Source of the DNA: Candidatus Poribacteria bacterium
GTDB taxonomy: Bacteria > Poribacteria > WGA-4E > WGA-3G
DNA: 64,000 bases
Reading direction: 5' to 3'
Assembly (NCBI GenBank): GCA_964291315.2
Contig: OZ219753.1
Location: forward strand, 384,001 to 448,000
Below the pieces are notes generated by a model. That model was not told the DNA's origin. It ran no database searches and saw only the letters and a list, made by a program, of their open reading frames with translations. Position numbers and translations under genes: made by a program. This document shows, in pieces, positions 19,547 to 28,919 of the stretch (position 1 is the first letter of the stretch; each line of letters opens with the position of its first letter).

Positions 19547-20881
19547 TCATTCGTAGGTGCGATAGTTCAAAAAGGTTATCCGATTCGGGTTGATCCTAAC
19601 GTCCGGAACAGACTCTCGTAGGCTGACCTGTCCGTTTGCATTTAAAAACGAGAGGTTAAGAGTATACGTGCCCGCCGGGAGTGGCATCCGTACCAGAAAA
19701 ATTTGATTCGGAAGTGTTTTCCACGAACGGGTATCTGCTTGTTCCGTCACAACGCCTGCAAGGTTCACGAGCCATCCTAAGGCTACATTCTCCTTGTTGG
19801 CCTTGCGGTAAATCAAATATTTCGCGACAGCCCGGGCTAGGGTTCGCAAGAGAATGCCGGGACGTTCTGATCTGAAGGTTTCTATAGCAATCTTTTCTAC
19901 ATCTGCTACTAGCCTGCCGCTCTTTTGATTTTGTCCTGTAGTTACCTCAATTCCCTTGAAGTGCGGACGGTTGGCGTTGATGGTAGGGATCGCAACGCGC
20001 AGAAGATACTCCAATTCGGTGTCCGTATAGACTGCCCCTTCACGTCCTATGAGTGTTTCAACAAACGTTTCATCCTCTACATCGTCTATTTTCAAGATCG
20101 GAAACGTCAAAGCCTCTTCACTTCTAGGCGGAATATAGCCTGTTTCATAAAAGAGAATCAGTTCGCCGGTACCCTCGGAGTGCGGTGGCGGTTCACCATA
20201 TTGGTTTCGGTAACGTTGAAACTCATCGGCAAACCCGAGTTTGCGAGTTAACCGCACAAGCGAATATCCGATATCGTCTGGCATCTCTACCCCGGTTTTC
20301 TCCGCTGTGTTCTGATAGTATTTGGCAGCCTGCTTGTAAGAGATAAGGGCATCATTCCACTCATACGCAGCTTCAAAAAGCAGGGCGGAGAAGTAAGCGA
20401 GAAACCCGGTTCCGAGAAAGTTGTAGTTCTCGATTTCACGCTCGAAATAGCCGGCGAGACTCGTGGCCCGTCGGCATTCTACTAAGGCCCCGTCTAATTG
20501 CCCCCGGTAGATATAGTTGAGTGCCCGGTAATAGTGGCTCAAAAGTCGTTCATATTGCGTTCCCGAATACGGGCGCAATTTATCGGTGCTAACAAGCGAG
20601 GCTATCTCTTTTGAAACACTTTTGGTATAACGGTCCTCCGCAATATCGCCTGCCATATCAAACGCCGCGCTGCTCTCTACAAAACGGTTCGCGTAATGCG
20701 CAACCAGTCCGAATTCAAATTGGTAAGGGATATCCGGATTGCTCGATGCATGTTTCTGAAGATAGGTGTAGGCATCATCTGGCTTGCCTGCTGACAATGC
20801 TCCCTCGACCGCTTGAAACTTATAGCTGCTACACCCGACTAACAGGCAGATAATGAACAGAAAGGGGAAAGCTTTAATCAT
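19547..20881 (-). CDS. COG3014-like lipoprotein
   Basis: Lipobox LVGC; ADTRSWKTLP motif; adjacent to an LpoB-like gene. Confidence 0.7.
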   Translation of the reverse strand: MIKAFPFLFIICLLVGCSSYKFQAVEGALSAGKPDDAYTYLQKHASSNPDIPYQFEFGLVAHYANRFVESSAAFDMAGDIAEDRYTKSVSKEIASLVSTDKLRPYSGTQYERLLSHYYRALNYIYRGQLDGALVECRRATSLAGYFEREIENYNFLGTGFLAYFSALLFEAAYEWNDALISYKQAAKYYQNTAEKTGVEMPDDIGYSLVRLTRKLGFADEFQRYRNQYGEPPPHSEGTGELILFYETGYIPPRSEEALTFPILKIDDVEDETFVETLIGREGAVYTDTELEYLLRVAIPTINANRPHFKGIEVTTGQNQKSGRLVADVEKIAIETFRSERPGILLRTLARAVAKYLIYRKANKENVALGWLVNLAGVVTEQADTRSWKTLPNQIFLVRMPLPAGTYTLNLSFLNANGQVSLRESVPDVRINPNRITFLNYRTYE

Positions 20882-20885
20882 ATAT

Positions 20886-21019
20886 TTCCGTGGCTTTCAA
20901 ATTCAGTTGTGGCATAGGCTGTCAGCCTGTGCATTTTGGCGATTCTCAGACAACCTGTTAGGTTGTGCAAGCGCTCTATTTATCCAAAGCTCAGCCCAAT
21001 AATTATCAAACTCGCGTTA
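20886..21019 (+). repeat. Dispersed element copy 2 (left end degenerate)
   Basis: GTGGCATAGGCTGTCAGCCTGTGC hairpin; right end CCCAATAATTATCAAACTCGCGTTA overlapping the lpoB-like TAA stop. Confidence 0.75.
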
Positions 21020-21649
21020 CATTTTAAATTTGTCACGTCCGATGAACTTTTTAATTTTTTTGTTACCGATCCAAATTTTTTCGTTGGTTTCGATGTTGGT
21101 CAAGGTAAGATCTGTCTGATAAAACATGACTTGGTCTCCACCTTCCCGGTCTTCAATAGTGTTGATTTCGCCGGTCATCATATAGTCCGCGCCGAGTTCG
21201 CGTCCCATTCGTTTCACGGTTTCGAGTGCGGCGAATTCTCCTTGGTCTGCTCGTTCTTCCCGAATTTCGCTGCGTTCGGTCGCAGCTGATACGGTGCGCA
21301 CTTTCCCGGAGTTGATGAATGCGCGCTCAATGTCAGTAATAAAGGTTGCGACAGGAATATGCTCCATGCTCTTGTTGCGGATACCGCCAACAATTACCAC
21401 AGGTTTCCCGCCCTCACTTATACCGTGGTTGTTAATCCAAGGGTGGTTCAAGCAGTCGCCAATAATTTCATCGGCGACCATGCGCGAATCTGTGTCATTC
21501 CAACGCCCGGAGAGGTCGATCGTAGTGTCAACATCAACGCGGCTAACCTGTTTAGAGGCCCCACAACCACTGAGGACCGTTATCCCCATCACGACAGAAA
21601 GGATTGTCAATCTATACACAACAAATTGAGCTGACAGAAACTTATACAT
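21017..21649 (-). CDS. LpoB-like (COG3417) lipoprotein
   Basis: Lipobox LSGC; DLSGRWNDTD, IRNKSMEHI, GADYMMTG. Confidence 0.75.
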   Translation of the reverse strand: MYKFLSAQFVVYRLTILSVVMGITVLSGCGASKQVSRVDVDTTIDLSGRWNDTDSRMVADEIIGDCLNHPWINNHGISEGGKPVVIVGGIRNKSMEHIPVATFITDIERAFINSGKVRTVSAATERSEIREERADQGEFAALETVKRMGRELGADYMMTGEINTIEDREGGDQVMFYQTDLTLTNIETNEKIWIGNKKIKKFIGRDKFKM

Positions 21650-21782
21650 TCGGAATACTCCTTTTTGATTACCGCTTTATAGTAGTAGATATTTGAAATT
21701 AGGCGGACACTGTAAACCGGAGAGGTTTGTTCTCATCCAGTATTCACTGAAATGTCTCTCTATTTTTTTAAGGTGCCGCGAA

Positions 21783-23570
21783 TTAGAAGTCTAAATCGGC
21801 TTCTTGGACAATTTTGTCAATGAAAGTATCTAGCGCCATTGTGCCGATGTCGCCTTCCTCTCGACTGCGGACGCTGACGGTTCGTTTTTCCTGCTCACGT
21901 TCACCAATAATTAGCATATAAGGGACACGTTGCAAGCGGGCGAGTCGGATTTTTGCCCCAATCTTGTCGTCGCTATTATCTAATGTCACACGGCACCCGT
22001 TCTGCGATAGCAGCCGTTCAACCTGTTCGGCATAGTCAACAAAGCGCTGGCTAATCGTCATCACGACACATTGCACGGGAGCGAGCCATGTTGGGAATGC
22101 CCCGGCATAATGCTCAATCAGCATAGCGATAAAACGTTCAAAGGTGCCGAAAATAGCGCGATGGATAACGACGGGGCGCTTTTCAGATCCGTCCGAGGCG
22201 ACGTAGATGAGCTCAAACCGTTCGGGCAGCTGGAAATCGAGTTGCACCGTAGCGCATTGCACCTCCCGGTTGAGTGAATCGCGGACCTGAAAATCGAGCT
22301 TTGGACCGTAGAATGCCCCTTCTCCCGGATCAACCCGGTACTCAATCCTGTTATTTTTTAGCACACTCTCAAGCATATTTTCTGCTCGGTTCCATACCTC
22401 AATATCCCCCATAAATTTATCAGGATTGCGTGTGCTCAAATCGCAGCGGAAAGGCAGATCAAACGTGCTGTAGACACGCTGGAAGAGCCCAAGAATCCGT
22501 TCATATTCATCCGCAATTTGGTCTTCAGTTACGAAGTTGTGGGCATCGTCTTGGCACATTTGCCGAACGCGCGACAAGCCGGTGAGGGTGCCTGTGGCTT
22601 CGTTGCGATGTAAGACCCCCTGGTCGTATAGGCGATAGGGCAGATCACGGTAGCTGTGGCGGGTACTCTTATAAATGAGCATGTGCGCAGGGCAGTTCAT
22701 CGGTTTTAGCGCCCCGATGGAGTCGCTGTCCTCGTTTTCAATGAGGAACATATTTTCTTTAAAATGTTCCCAGTGCCCAGAGGTTTTCCAGAGGCTGCTG
22801 TCGTAGATGAGCGGGGTCCGGACCTCTTGATATCCCTCGCTGAGATAGAGCTTCTGCACCTTTTCAGCCAAGCGGTTGTAGATAAAGGCGCCTTTGGGTA
22901 GCCAAAAGGGGCTGCCGGGCGATTCAGGGTGCATCTGAAAGAGCTCTAGCTCTCGTCCCAATTTGCGATGGTCGCGTTTGGCAGCCTCCTCGCGCTGTCT
23001 CAAGTATGCGTGAAGGTCGGCCTTGGTCTCCCAGGCGGTGCCGTAAATCCGTTGCAGCTGTTCCCGGTTGCTATCCCCGCGCCAATAGGCGCCGGAGACG
23101 CGGAGCAGCTTGAAGTGCCGGCATTCGCCTGTTTTTTCGACGTGTGGTCCCTTGCAGAGGTCCGTAAAATCGCCGTTCTGATAGATAGAGACCCCTTCGT
23201 CAGCGACGCCTTCATCGCTGGCGTTGACTTCCTTGTCGGAGATGCCCTCGATCAATTCGAGTTTGAATTGCTGGTCGCGTGCGCTGAACCACTCGCGTGC
23301 CGCGTCATAGCTCCATGTTGTCTGTTCAAAAGGCACGTTGGCTTTAATCATCGCCTTCATGTGCTTTTCGAGTTCCGGAAAATCGTCGGGCGTAAGGGGG
23401 CGTGGCACCGCCATATCGTAATAGAACTCGTTCTCAATTGGGGGACCAATTGCAAGCTTAACCGCACGTTCCCCATCCGGAAACAGCTGTTGCACAGCAT
23501 ACGCCATGATGTGTGCGGTTGAATGACGTAGGCGTTGTAAGTAGTCGTCAGGTTGATTCGATTCGCGCAT
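21783..23570 (-). CDS. thrS: Threonine--tRNA ligase (no N-terminal TGS domain)
   Basis: HSTAH, DLCKGPH, RDHRKLG, KPMNCP, GAFYGPK, IHRA. Confidence 0.97.
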   Translation of the reverse strand: MRESNQPDDYLQRLRHSTAHIMAYAVQQLFPDGERAVKLAIGPPIENEFYYDMAVPRPLTPDDFPELEKHMKAMIKANVPFEQTTWSYDAAREWFSARDQQFKLELIEGISDKEVNASDEGVADEGVSIYQNGDFTDLCKGPHVEKTGECRHFKLLRVSGAYWRGDSNREQLQRIYGTAWETKADLHAYLRQREEAAKRDHRKLGRELELFQMHPESPGSPFWLPKGAFIYNRLAEKVQKLYLSEGYQEVRTPLIYDSSLWKTSGHWEHFKENMFLIENEDSDSIGALKPMNCPAHMLIYKSTRHSYRDLPYRLYDQGVLHRNEATGTLTGLSRVRQMCQDDAHNFVTEDQIADEYERILGLFQRVYSTFDLPFRCDLSTRNPDKFMGDIEVWNRAENMLESVLKNNRIEYRVDPGEGAFYGPKLDFQVRDSLNREVQCATVQLDFQLPERFELIYVASDGSEKRPVVIHRAIFGTFERFIAMLIEHYAGAFPTWLAPVQCVVMTISQRFVDYAEQVERLLSQNGCRVTLDNSDDKIGAKIRLARLQRVPYMLIIGEREQEKRTVSVRSREEGDIGTMALDTFIDKIVQEADLDF

Positions 23571-23622
23571 TGCAATCTACTTTCATATATCCATGCATTG
23601 TAGGTTTGAAAATTGCTCTCAA

Positions 23623-23730
23623 TAACGTGAGTTTGAAAATGAGTGAGGTGGGTTTTCTTGTAGCATAGACTCTGAGTTTGTGCCAGAGCCTTTCTCAAAG
23701 ATGAACCCAATAATTATCAAGCTCGCGTTC
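23623..23730 (+). repeat. Dispersed element copy 3, in thrS leader
   Basis: TAACGTGAGTTTGAAAA...GTAGCATAGAC...GAACCCAATAATTATCAAGCTCGCGTT. Confidence 0.85.
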
Positions 23731-23919
23731 TCAATAGACTTAACGTCTCTATTTAGTATTCTGTTTACAGAATAATTATTGTACACTATCTGAGGGCGAA
23801 ATGCCAATTATTTTCACGAATTATCTTTGCGGATGCGTAAATATTCGGGCGGCAGGTTGTCAGCATCAGGATTTTGGGGCGGGGGTGCCACTGCTGTAGG
23901 AGAGTTGGAATAGAAAAGA

Positions 23920-23993
23920 TGGGCGGTGCAGGACTTGAACCTGCGACCTCTTGCATGTCAAGCAAACGCTCTAGCCACCTGAGCTAACCGCCC
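23920..23993 (-). tRNA. tRNA-Val(GAC)
   Basis: GGGCGGTTAGCTCAG...TTGACAT loop...GGTTCAAGTCC...CCGCCCA; CCA not encoded. Confidence 0.95.
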
Positions 23994-24014
23994 ATGAATA
24001 GAGAAAGAAGTGTA

Positions 24015-24089
24015 TGGAGGTGGCGGTCGGAATCGAACCGACGAATAAGAGTTTTGCAGACTCTGGCCTTACCACTTGGCTACGCCACC
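24015..24089 (-). tRNA. tRNA-Cys(GCA)
   Basis: GGTGGCGTAGCCAAGTGG...CTGCAAA...GGTTCGATTCC...CCACCTCCA. Confidence 0.96.
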
Positions 24090-24098
24090 TGAAGGTAA

Positions 24099-24170
24099 AG
24101 CGGGAGACGAGATTTGAACTCGCGACCTCCACCTTGGCAAGGTGGAGCTCTACCACTGAGCTACTCCCGC
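24099..24170 (-). tRNA. tRNA-Gly(GCC)
   Basis: GCGGGAGTAGCTCAG...TTGCCAA...GTTCAAATC...CCCGCT; CCA not encoded. Confidence 0.96.
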
Positions 24171-24221
24171 ATCGTTTCGCTAACTTCCCGAGAAAAAAAC
24201 TTCAGAATAATAAGCATATAT

Positions 24222-24250
24222 AGTCTACCATACCTTCAAGCGAATGTCAA
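24222..24250 (-). promoter_or_regulatory. Sigma70-like promoter of tRNA operon
   Basis: TTGACA-17-TAGACT. Confidence 0.7.
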
Positions 24251-24351
24251 GTTAAATTTTTTTATTTGCCGGATTGATTCTGTGTCAAGTGCAATATAAC
24301 ATTGACATATCACATGGTTTCCTATAAAATATAAGCACGTTTCGTATAAGA

Positions 24352-24425
24352 AGGTTCTCACATAGGAAACCAACAGCCTCAGCTACAACTGAGGCATAGG
24401 ATACAACTTTTTCAAACCCGCGTTG
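24352..24425 (-). repeat. Dispersed element copy 4 (partial)
   Basis: Minus strand AACGCGGGTTTGAAAAAG...GTAGCTGAGGCTGTTGGTTTCCTATG, matching the interior of copy 5. Confidence 0.65.
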
Positions 24426-24790
24426 TATTATATCATATTATTTTATTATATTGCTTATTATACTACTTTTTCCGCAAATTTCAAACCTATCTTCTTGATA
24501 CAACTTGGTACAACTTATTGCCCTCTACTAAAAAATTTGCAAAAGAACTGCACCGCATGGTATAATTCTATAGTATAGTAATTCTAGGGAATTCTAACTT
24601 AAAGTGAAACCGTTTTGCTCTGTTAAGCGTTTTGCAATTTGGCAAACTATATTTAATTTATCAACAATGCAAGTGTAGACAGAGCGGATTGTGGGGAATA
24701 TCGCGGAGCGAAAGCGAACAACATCAGTCGATGCAGCGGAGGTCCAAGTTTTATCGTTCCAAGGGCACGACGCAGAAGATTAAATTCGAA

Positions 24791-25759
24791 ATGAAGATTC
24801 TCGTACCTCCTATAAAGTGCCAGGGCATTAAAAGTAGACTGGTTCCATGGATAGCAGAGACACTCCACTGGGACAGCGACGGTGTCTGGATTGAACCCTT
24901 CATGGGATCCGGTGCCGTTGGGTTTAACCTCAACCCGCGCAGAGCGCTTTTCTCGGATATAAACCCACATCTTATCTCTTTCTACCAAGGAATAAACCAT
25001 CAGACAATCACTCCGGTTATTATCAGGCAATTTCTTGAATCAGAGGGGAGCAAGTTGGCCGAACATGGTGCAGATTATTATTACGAAGTCCGTAAACGAT
25101 TTAATAGAGACAAGTCTCCATTAGACTTTCTATTTTTGAATCGCGCCTGTTTTAACGGACTCATTCGCTTTAACAGAGAAGGCAAGTTTAATGTGCCTTT
25201 CGGACATAAAACCGAACGTTTCTCCAAAGCCTACATCACCAAAATTGTGAATCAGGTAGAATGGGTCGCCAAACGCGCTAGCCTCAGCGATTGGAGTTTC
25301 TTGTATCAGGACTTTCGTTCCACGCTGTCTCATGCAACCGAAGCCGACCTCATCTATTGTGACCCGCCTTATGCCGGGCGACATACCAATTATTTCAATA
25401 CCTGGAACAGATCACATGAGAAATTGCTCTACCAAGATTTGAAAACAACAACAGCACGGTTTATCCTATCTACTTGGCATAGCAACGAATATAGAGAAAA
25501 TCTCGCGATTCCAAATCTATGGTCAGAATTCAACATCATCACAAGAGAACACTTTTATCATGTCGGGGCAAAGAAGGAAAATAGAAAACCGATGCTAGAA
25601 GCACTCGTCACTAACTTTGAACCCGCAAACACCAGTACCTCAAAAAAGAACGCTGAATGGGATGATCATAAAGCAGATACGCTACAATTGACATTCATTC
25701 ACCTGGAAAAGCAATTAACGGTCACCTCGGAAAACATAGTTTCCCGAGAAACAGAATAA
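24791..25759 (+). CDS. N6-adenine DNA methyltransferase (Dam/D12 class), M.EcoRV-like, orphan
   Basis: VPPIKCQGIK, EPFMGSG, LFLNRACFNG, YCDPPY, EHFYHVGA.K.NR.PM.EAL closely follow M.EcoRV as recalled. Confidence 0.85.
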   Translation: MKILVPPIKCQGIKSRLVPWIAETLHWDSDGVWIEPFMGSGAVGFNLNPRRALFSDINPHLISFYQGINHQTITPVIIRQFLESEGSKLAEHGADYYYEVRKRFNRDKSPLDFLFLNRACFNGLIRFNREGKFNVPFGHKTERFSKAYITKIVNQVEWVAKRASLSDWSFLYQDFRSTLSHATEADLIYCDPPYAGRHTNYFNTWNRSHEKLLYQDLKTTTARFILSTWHSNEYRENLAIPNLWSEFNIITREHFYHVGAKKENRKPMLEALVTNFEPANTSTSKKNAEWDDHKADTLQLTFIHLEKQLTVTSENIVSRETE

Positions 25760-25806
25760 TCGAAAAAACAGTTTTTCTGTTGATTTTTTAACAATGTATG
25801 TTATAA

Positions 25807-25942
25807 TAACGTAAGTTTGAAAAAAGAATGAATTCGGTTTTCTTGTAGCATGGTCTCCTGTTAGGCTGTGCAGTGCCACTTGTAGCATAGGTTGTTGGTT
25901 TCCTGTGCCTCAATGAACCCAATAATTATCAAGCTCGCGTTA
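25807..25942 (+). repeat. Dispersed element copy 5 (two GTAG units)
   Basis: TAACGTAAGTTTGAAAA...GTAGCATGG...GTAGCATAGG...CCCAATAATTATCAAGCTCGCGTTA; begins at the end of a TATAAT box. Confidence 0.85.
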
Positions 25943-25980
25943 TCTTTAACTCACTAAATAATAAAGGAGAATACCAAGTA

Positions 25981-28746
25981 ATGTTATCTAATAAAATGAA
26001 AGTGTTTGTAGTGCTAGCAATTGTGTTTGCCTTTGCAACGTCTCAGGTTTTCGCAGGTTTTATAAATGCCGGTCGGGGGAAAATTCACGTTAACTGGGGT
26101 ACGGGTGAGGGAAAGAACCCCTTCTTCGTTTTTGCGAACTCTGAGGAAGCGGAGAGTAACTTTATAAATAACCAAGTATATGGAGCGATTAATCCGCCCT
26201 GGTCAAATCTAAAGACATCCCTCGGGGAAGGTGGTGTCCTCACAGTATCACTTGCAGTGCCAACACAAACATATTATGACACTGCTGGTTGGGAGTCTAC
26301 CCTCAAATATGATGTGACAGATGAGGAGCTGGCGAAGTACAAGCATTCAGTAGTTATCACCGAGGTGATGTGGGGAACAGATGCTCCCGACACATTAACA
26401 CGCCAATGGTATGAAATCTACAGCAACTCCTTCAATCCAAAAAAGAATGATAGTCTTGTATTGAAAGTAGATCGAAATTTGGACCCGGTTAGATCTCCCG
26501 CTCCGGGTGAGACGTGGTTGCCGCGCACTGAGTATGACAAAGCGAGGGTTGTCAAGTATGTGGTTCTGGATCGGGTATCAACGACCAATCGTTGGGGTCA
26601 GATTTGGGAGCTGAAAGGTAACAACGGCGATACGGATGGCAACGCAAAGACGGGCACGGCTCCGGTCCCTATGGTCTCTATGTATCGGAAGCTAGAGCTG
26701 GATAGCACAGGGAGGGCGTATGCACTCAACGCTGATAAAAAGCTGAAATCTGTCCCTGACGGTCGGGAAGCCAGTTCTTGGGAGGCTTCTACAGGCCGGG
26801 TTAATATGACGGGCATTTCCGTCGGCAGCCCAGGGTTCGTTCACTTTTCTGGTTCTGGTAGTCCTTGGGCTCCCGAGTTTAAGATGACTCCCGCCTCTAT
26901 TTCTGATACCGGCATCATCATCAATGAGGTACGCAACGACTCTTCAGATGAGAACTTGGACTGGATAGAGCTCTTCTATAATAGCAATAATGCATCGGAT
27001 CCCCTCGTGAATATAAAGGATTGGGAGTTGAGCCTGGTGATGGCCAAGATGAAGGACGGCGGCGGCTATCATGAGTCCGGCGATGCCAACTTCACGGACA
27101 CCAGTCTTGCAGTGCTCCCAGAATACAAGATGAAGCCGGGCGAGTATCTCGTCATCTATAACCGGGATCCTGAAGGGAGCGTCACCTTTGCTATGGGTAA
27201 GAGTCTTAAATCTGTTTCTGACGGATCGGCGGTCAACATGGGTGCTGATCACAAGTATGTGGTCGCTAAGGACCTGAAGCTGCCTGCTACAGGCAAGTTC
27301 TTGATCCTGCTGCGCACCCGCAATCATGCTGATGATGTCGGCAAGCCGACGAACATCAAAGACTACGCCGGCAACGGGTTCTTCAAGCGCAAGGAAGCCC
27401 AGAAATTCAACACAGAAGTCTGGCCGTTCGTAGGGTGGGCGAAGCCAGGAGACGTTGATGATACCGACTTCGGCGGCATGAACACCTTCGCCTCACAGAA
27501 CATGTCCTTCGGTCGCGGTGTCCAAGTCAATTCGCTGGGCAAGCATGGGGCGAAGTCGCGTGCGAACCGCGTTCACAAAGACGACTGGCAGTCGTTCGGG
27601 TTCATCGGCACTGGCTACGACCGGGGCAAAGATAGAATCCTTGACACGATGATCGCCCCCGGCACACCGGGGTACCCGAATGTGGCTGTCAGCATGATCG
27701 CCGATGATAGAAACACCTCATCCACTGATGACGATTACGCTTTCGACGGAAAAGTCAGTATCAGTGAGATTATGTATGATGCGGGGCCGCGCTCGAACTT
27801 GGTGCAGTGGATAGAGCTCTATAACAGTTCTAAAATGGATACTGTCAATCTTGAAGGCTGGGAACTTCAGATAAGCAACGAGGACAAAGGCGCAGGATCG
27901 TATGTAGATGCGATGTTCATGTTTGCTGCGGGGACGCATATCCCGCCGAATCAGACGTTGCTCTTGGTCTCAAGCACCGGGACGAACGATGTTGCAGACA
28001 ACTACGTCTATAACTTACAAGAGAAGCATCGGAGCAGTTTAGGATTGGCCACGCGCGGACGTCTGTTGCTCAGCGCCGATGGATTCCATCTGGAGCTGCG
28101 CGCCAAGGTCAACAAAGGCGGTCGATCAGGTATGCAGATTATGGACGAGGCTGGTAACCTCACCCTAGACGGGGCTACGCGCATGCACGCGTGGGACCTG
28201 CCCGAAAAAGGCGAGGTCCGGATGTCTATTATGCGTAAGTATAATGGGAGTTCTAATCCTGATGACGGGCTGATGCAAGACTCCTGGCGGCAGTCTGACT
28301 CTGTCGGTGCCTCGCTCACCTTCTACGGGCATCGAAGCGATGTCGGCACGCCGGGGCACCGTGTTGGTAGTCCGCTTCCCGTTTCGCTCTCGAGTTTCCG
28401 GCCTGTGCGCAACGCCTCGACGGGACACGTTGAGATTACGTGGATAACGCAGTCCGAGCTCAACAACGCAGGCTTCAACATCCTGCGCAGTGAGAGCAAG
28501 GCCGGCGGGTTCAAAGCCATCAACTCCGAGGGGCTGATCGCTGGACACGGCACGACATCTGAGAAGCATGTGTATCGTTACACAGATACCACCGCGAAGC
28601 CGAATGCGGTCTATTACTATCAGATAGAAGATGTCTCTATGGACGGGGTGCGGACGACGTTACGGACGACGCATCTGCGCGGGGATGTCTCTGCGAACGG
28701 TAAACTGACGACCCGTTGGGGTGAGCTAAAATCGTCTGGTAGATAG
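25981..28746 (+). CDS. Secreted lamin-tail-domain (LTD) protein with C-terminal Ig-like domain and GKLTTRWGELK tail
   Basis: AAGGAG RBS; signal peptide; three LTD starts (VITEVMW, IINEVRN, SISEIMY) with WIELYN and GTPG; LPVSLSSF...SELNNAGFNILRS. Confidence 0.8.
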   Translation: MLSNKMKVFVVLAIVFAFATSQVFAGFINAGRGKIHVNWGTGEGKNPFFVFANSEEAESNFINNQVYGAINPPWSNLKTSLGEGGVLTVSLAVPTQTYYDTAGWESTLKYDVTDEELAKYKHSVVITEVMWGTDAPDTLTRQWYEIYSNSFNPKKNDSLVLKVDRNLDPVRSPAPGETWLPRTEYDKARVVKYVVLDRVSTTNRWGQIWELKGNNGDTDGNAKTGTAPVPMVSMYRKLELDSTGRAYALNADKKLKSVPDGREASSWEASTGRVNMTGISVGSPGFVHFSGSGSPWAPEFKMTPASISDTGIIINEVRNDSSDENLDWIELFYNSNNASDPLVNIKDWELSLVMAKMKDGGGYHESGDANFTDTSLAVLPEYKMKPGEYLVIYNRDPEGSVTFAMGKSLKSVSDGSAVNMGADHKYVVAKDLKLPATGKFLILLRTRNHADDVGKPTNIKDYAGNGFFKRKEAQKFNTEVWPFVGWAKPGDVDDTDFGGMNTFASQNMSFGRGVQVNSLGKHGAKSRANRVHKDDWQSFGFIGTGYDRGKDRILDTMIAPGTPGYPNVAVSMIADDRNTSSTDDDYAFDGKVSISEIMYDAGPRSNLVQWIELYNSSKMDTVNLEGWELQISNEDKGAGSYVDAMFMFAAGTHIPPNQTLLLVSSTGTNDVADNYVYNLQEKHRSSLGLATRGRLLLSADGFHLELRAKVNKGGRSGMQIMDEAGNLTLDGATRMHAWDLPEKGEVRMSIMRKYNGSSNPDDGLMQDSWRQSDSVGASLTFYGHRSDVGTPGHRVGSPLPVSLSSFRPVRNASTGHVEITWITQSELNNAGFNILRSESKAGGFKAINSEGLIAGHGTTSEKHVYRYTDTTAKPNAVYYYQIEDVSMDGVRTTLRTTHLRGDVSANGKLTTRWGELKSSGR

Positions 28747-28788
28747 GAGCCAGATTGGTTAAACACACATAATACACATCTGAAACTG

Positions 28789-28832
28789 AACGTTGGGAGG
28801 TGGAGCGCCTGTTTCACCTCCCAACGTTTTTT
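28789..28832 (+). terminator. Rho-independent terminator
   Basis: AACGTTGGGAGGTGGA/TTCACCTCCCAACGTT stem followed by a T-run. Confidence 0.85.
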
Positions 28833-28900
28833 AACGTGTATCCTAGGCTGTTAGGGGTATCCTATGCTGCTCTTGTAGCATAGGTTTTCAGTTTGTGCCA
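28832..28900 (+). repeat. Dispersed element copy 6 (degenerate)
   Basis: TAACGTG...TTGTAGCATAGGTTTTCAGTTTGTGCCA, similar to the interior of copy 3. Confidence 0.6.
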
Positions 28901-28919
28901 CACACTATAGGAGGAAAAC

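Noticed and set aside
18719-23522. Long antisense ORFs (18719-19261, 22968-23522)
   Set aside because: Opposite well-conserved iscS and thrS; explained by codon bias
23571-23810. T-box leader for thrS
   Set aside because: No T-box consensus seen; the leader is occupied by a repeat copy
23971-24299. Short ORFs over the tRNAs
   Set aside because: Shadow ORFs of tRNA genes
24632-24790. N-terminal extension of the MTase or a restriction endonuclease remnant
   Set aside because: Homology begins at ATG 24791; the upstream peptide resembles nothing recognisable
23920-28900. Integrative element or prophage at the tRNA cluster
   Set aside because: No integrase and no duplicated tRNA 3' end found; the accessory genes lie on the 5' side of the tRNAs
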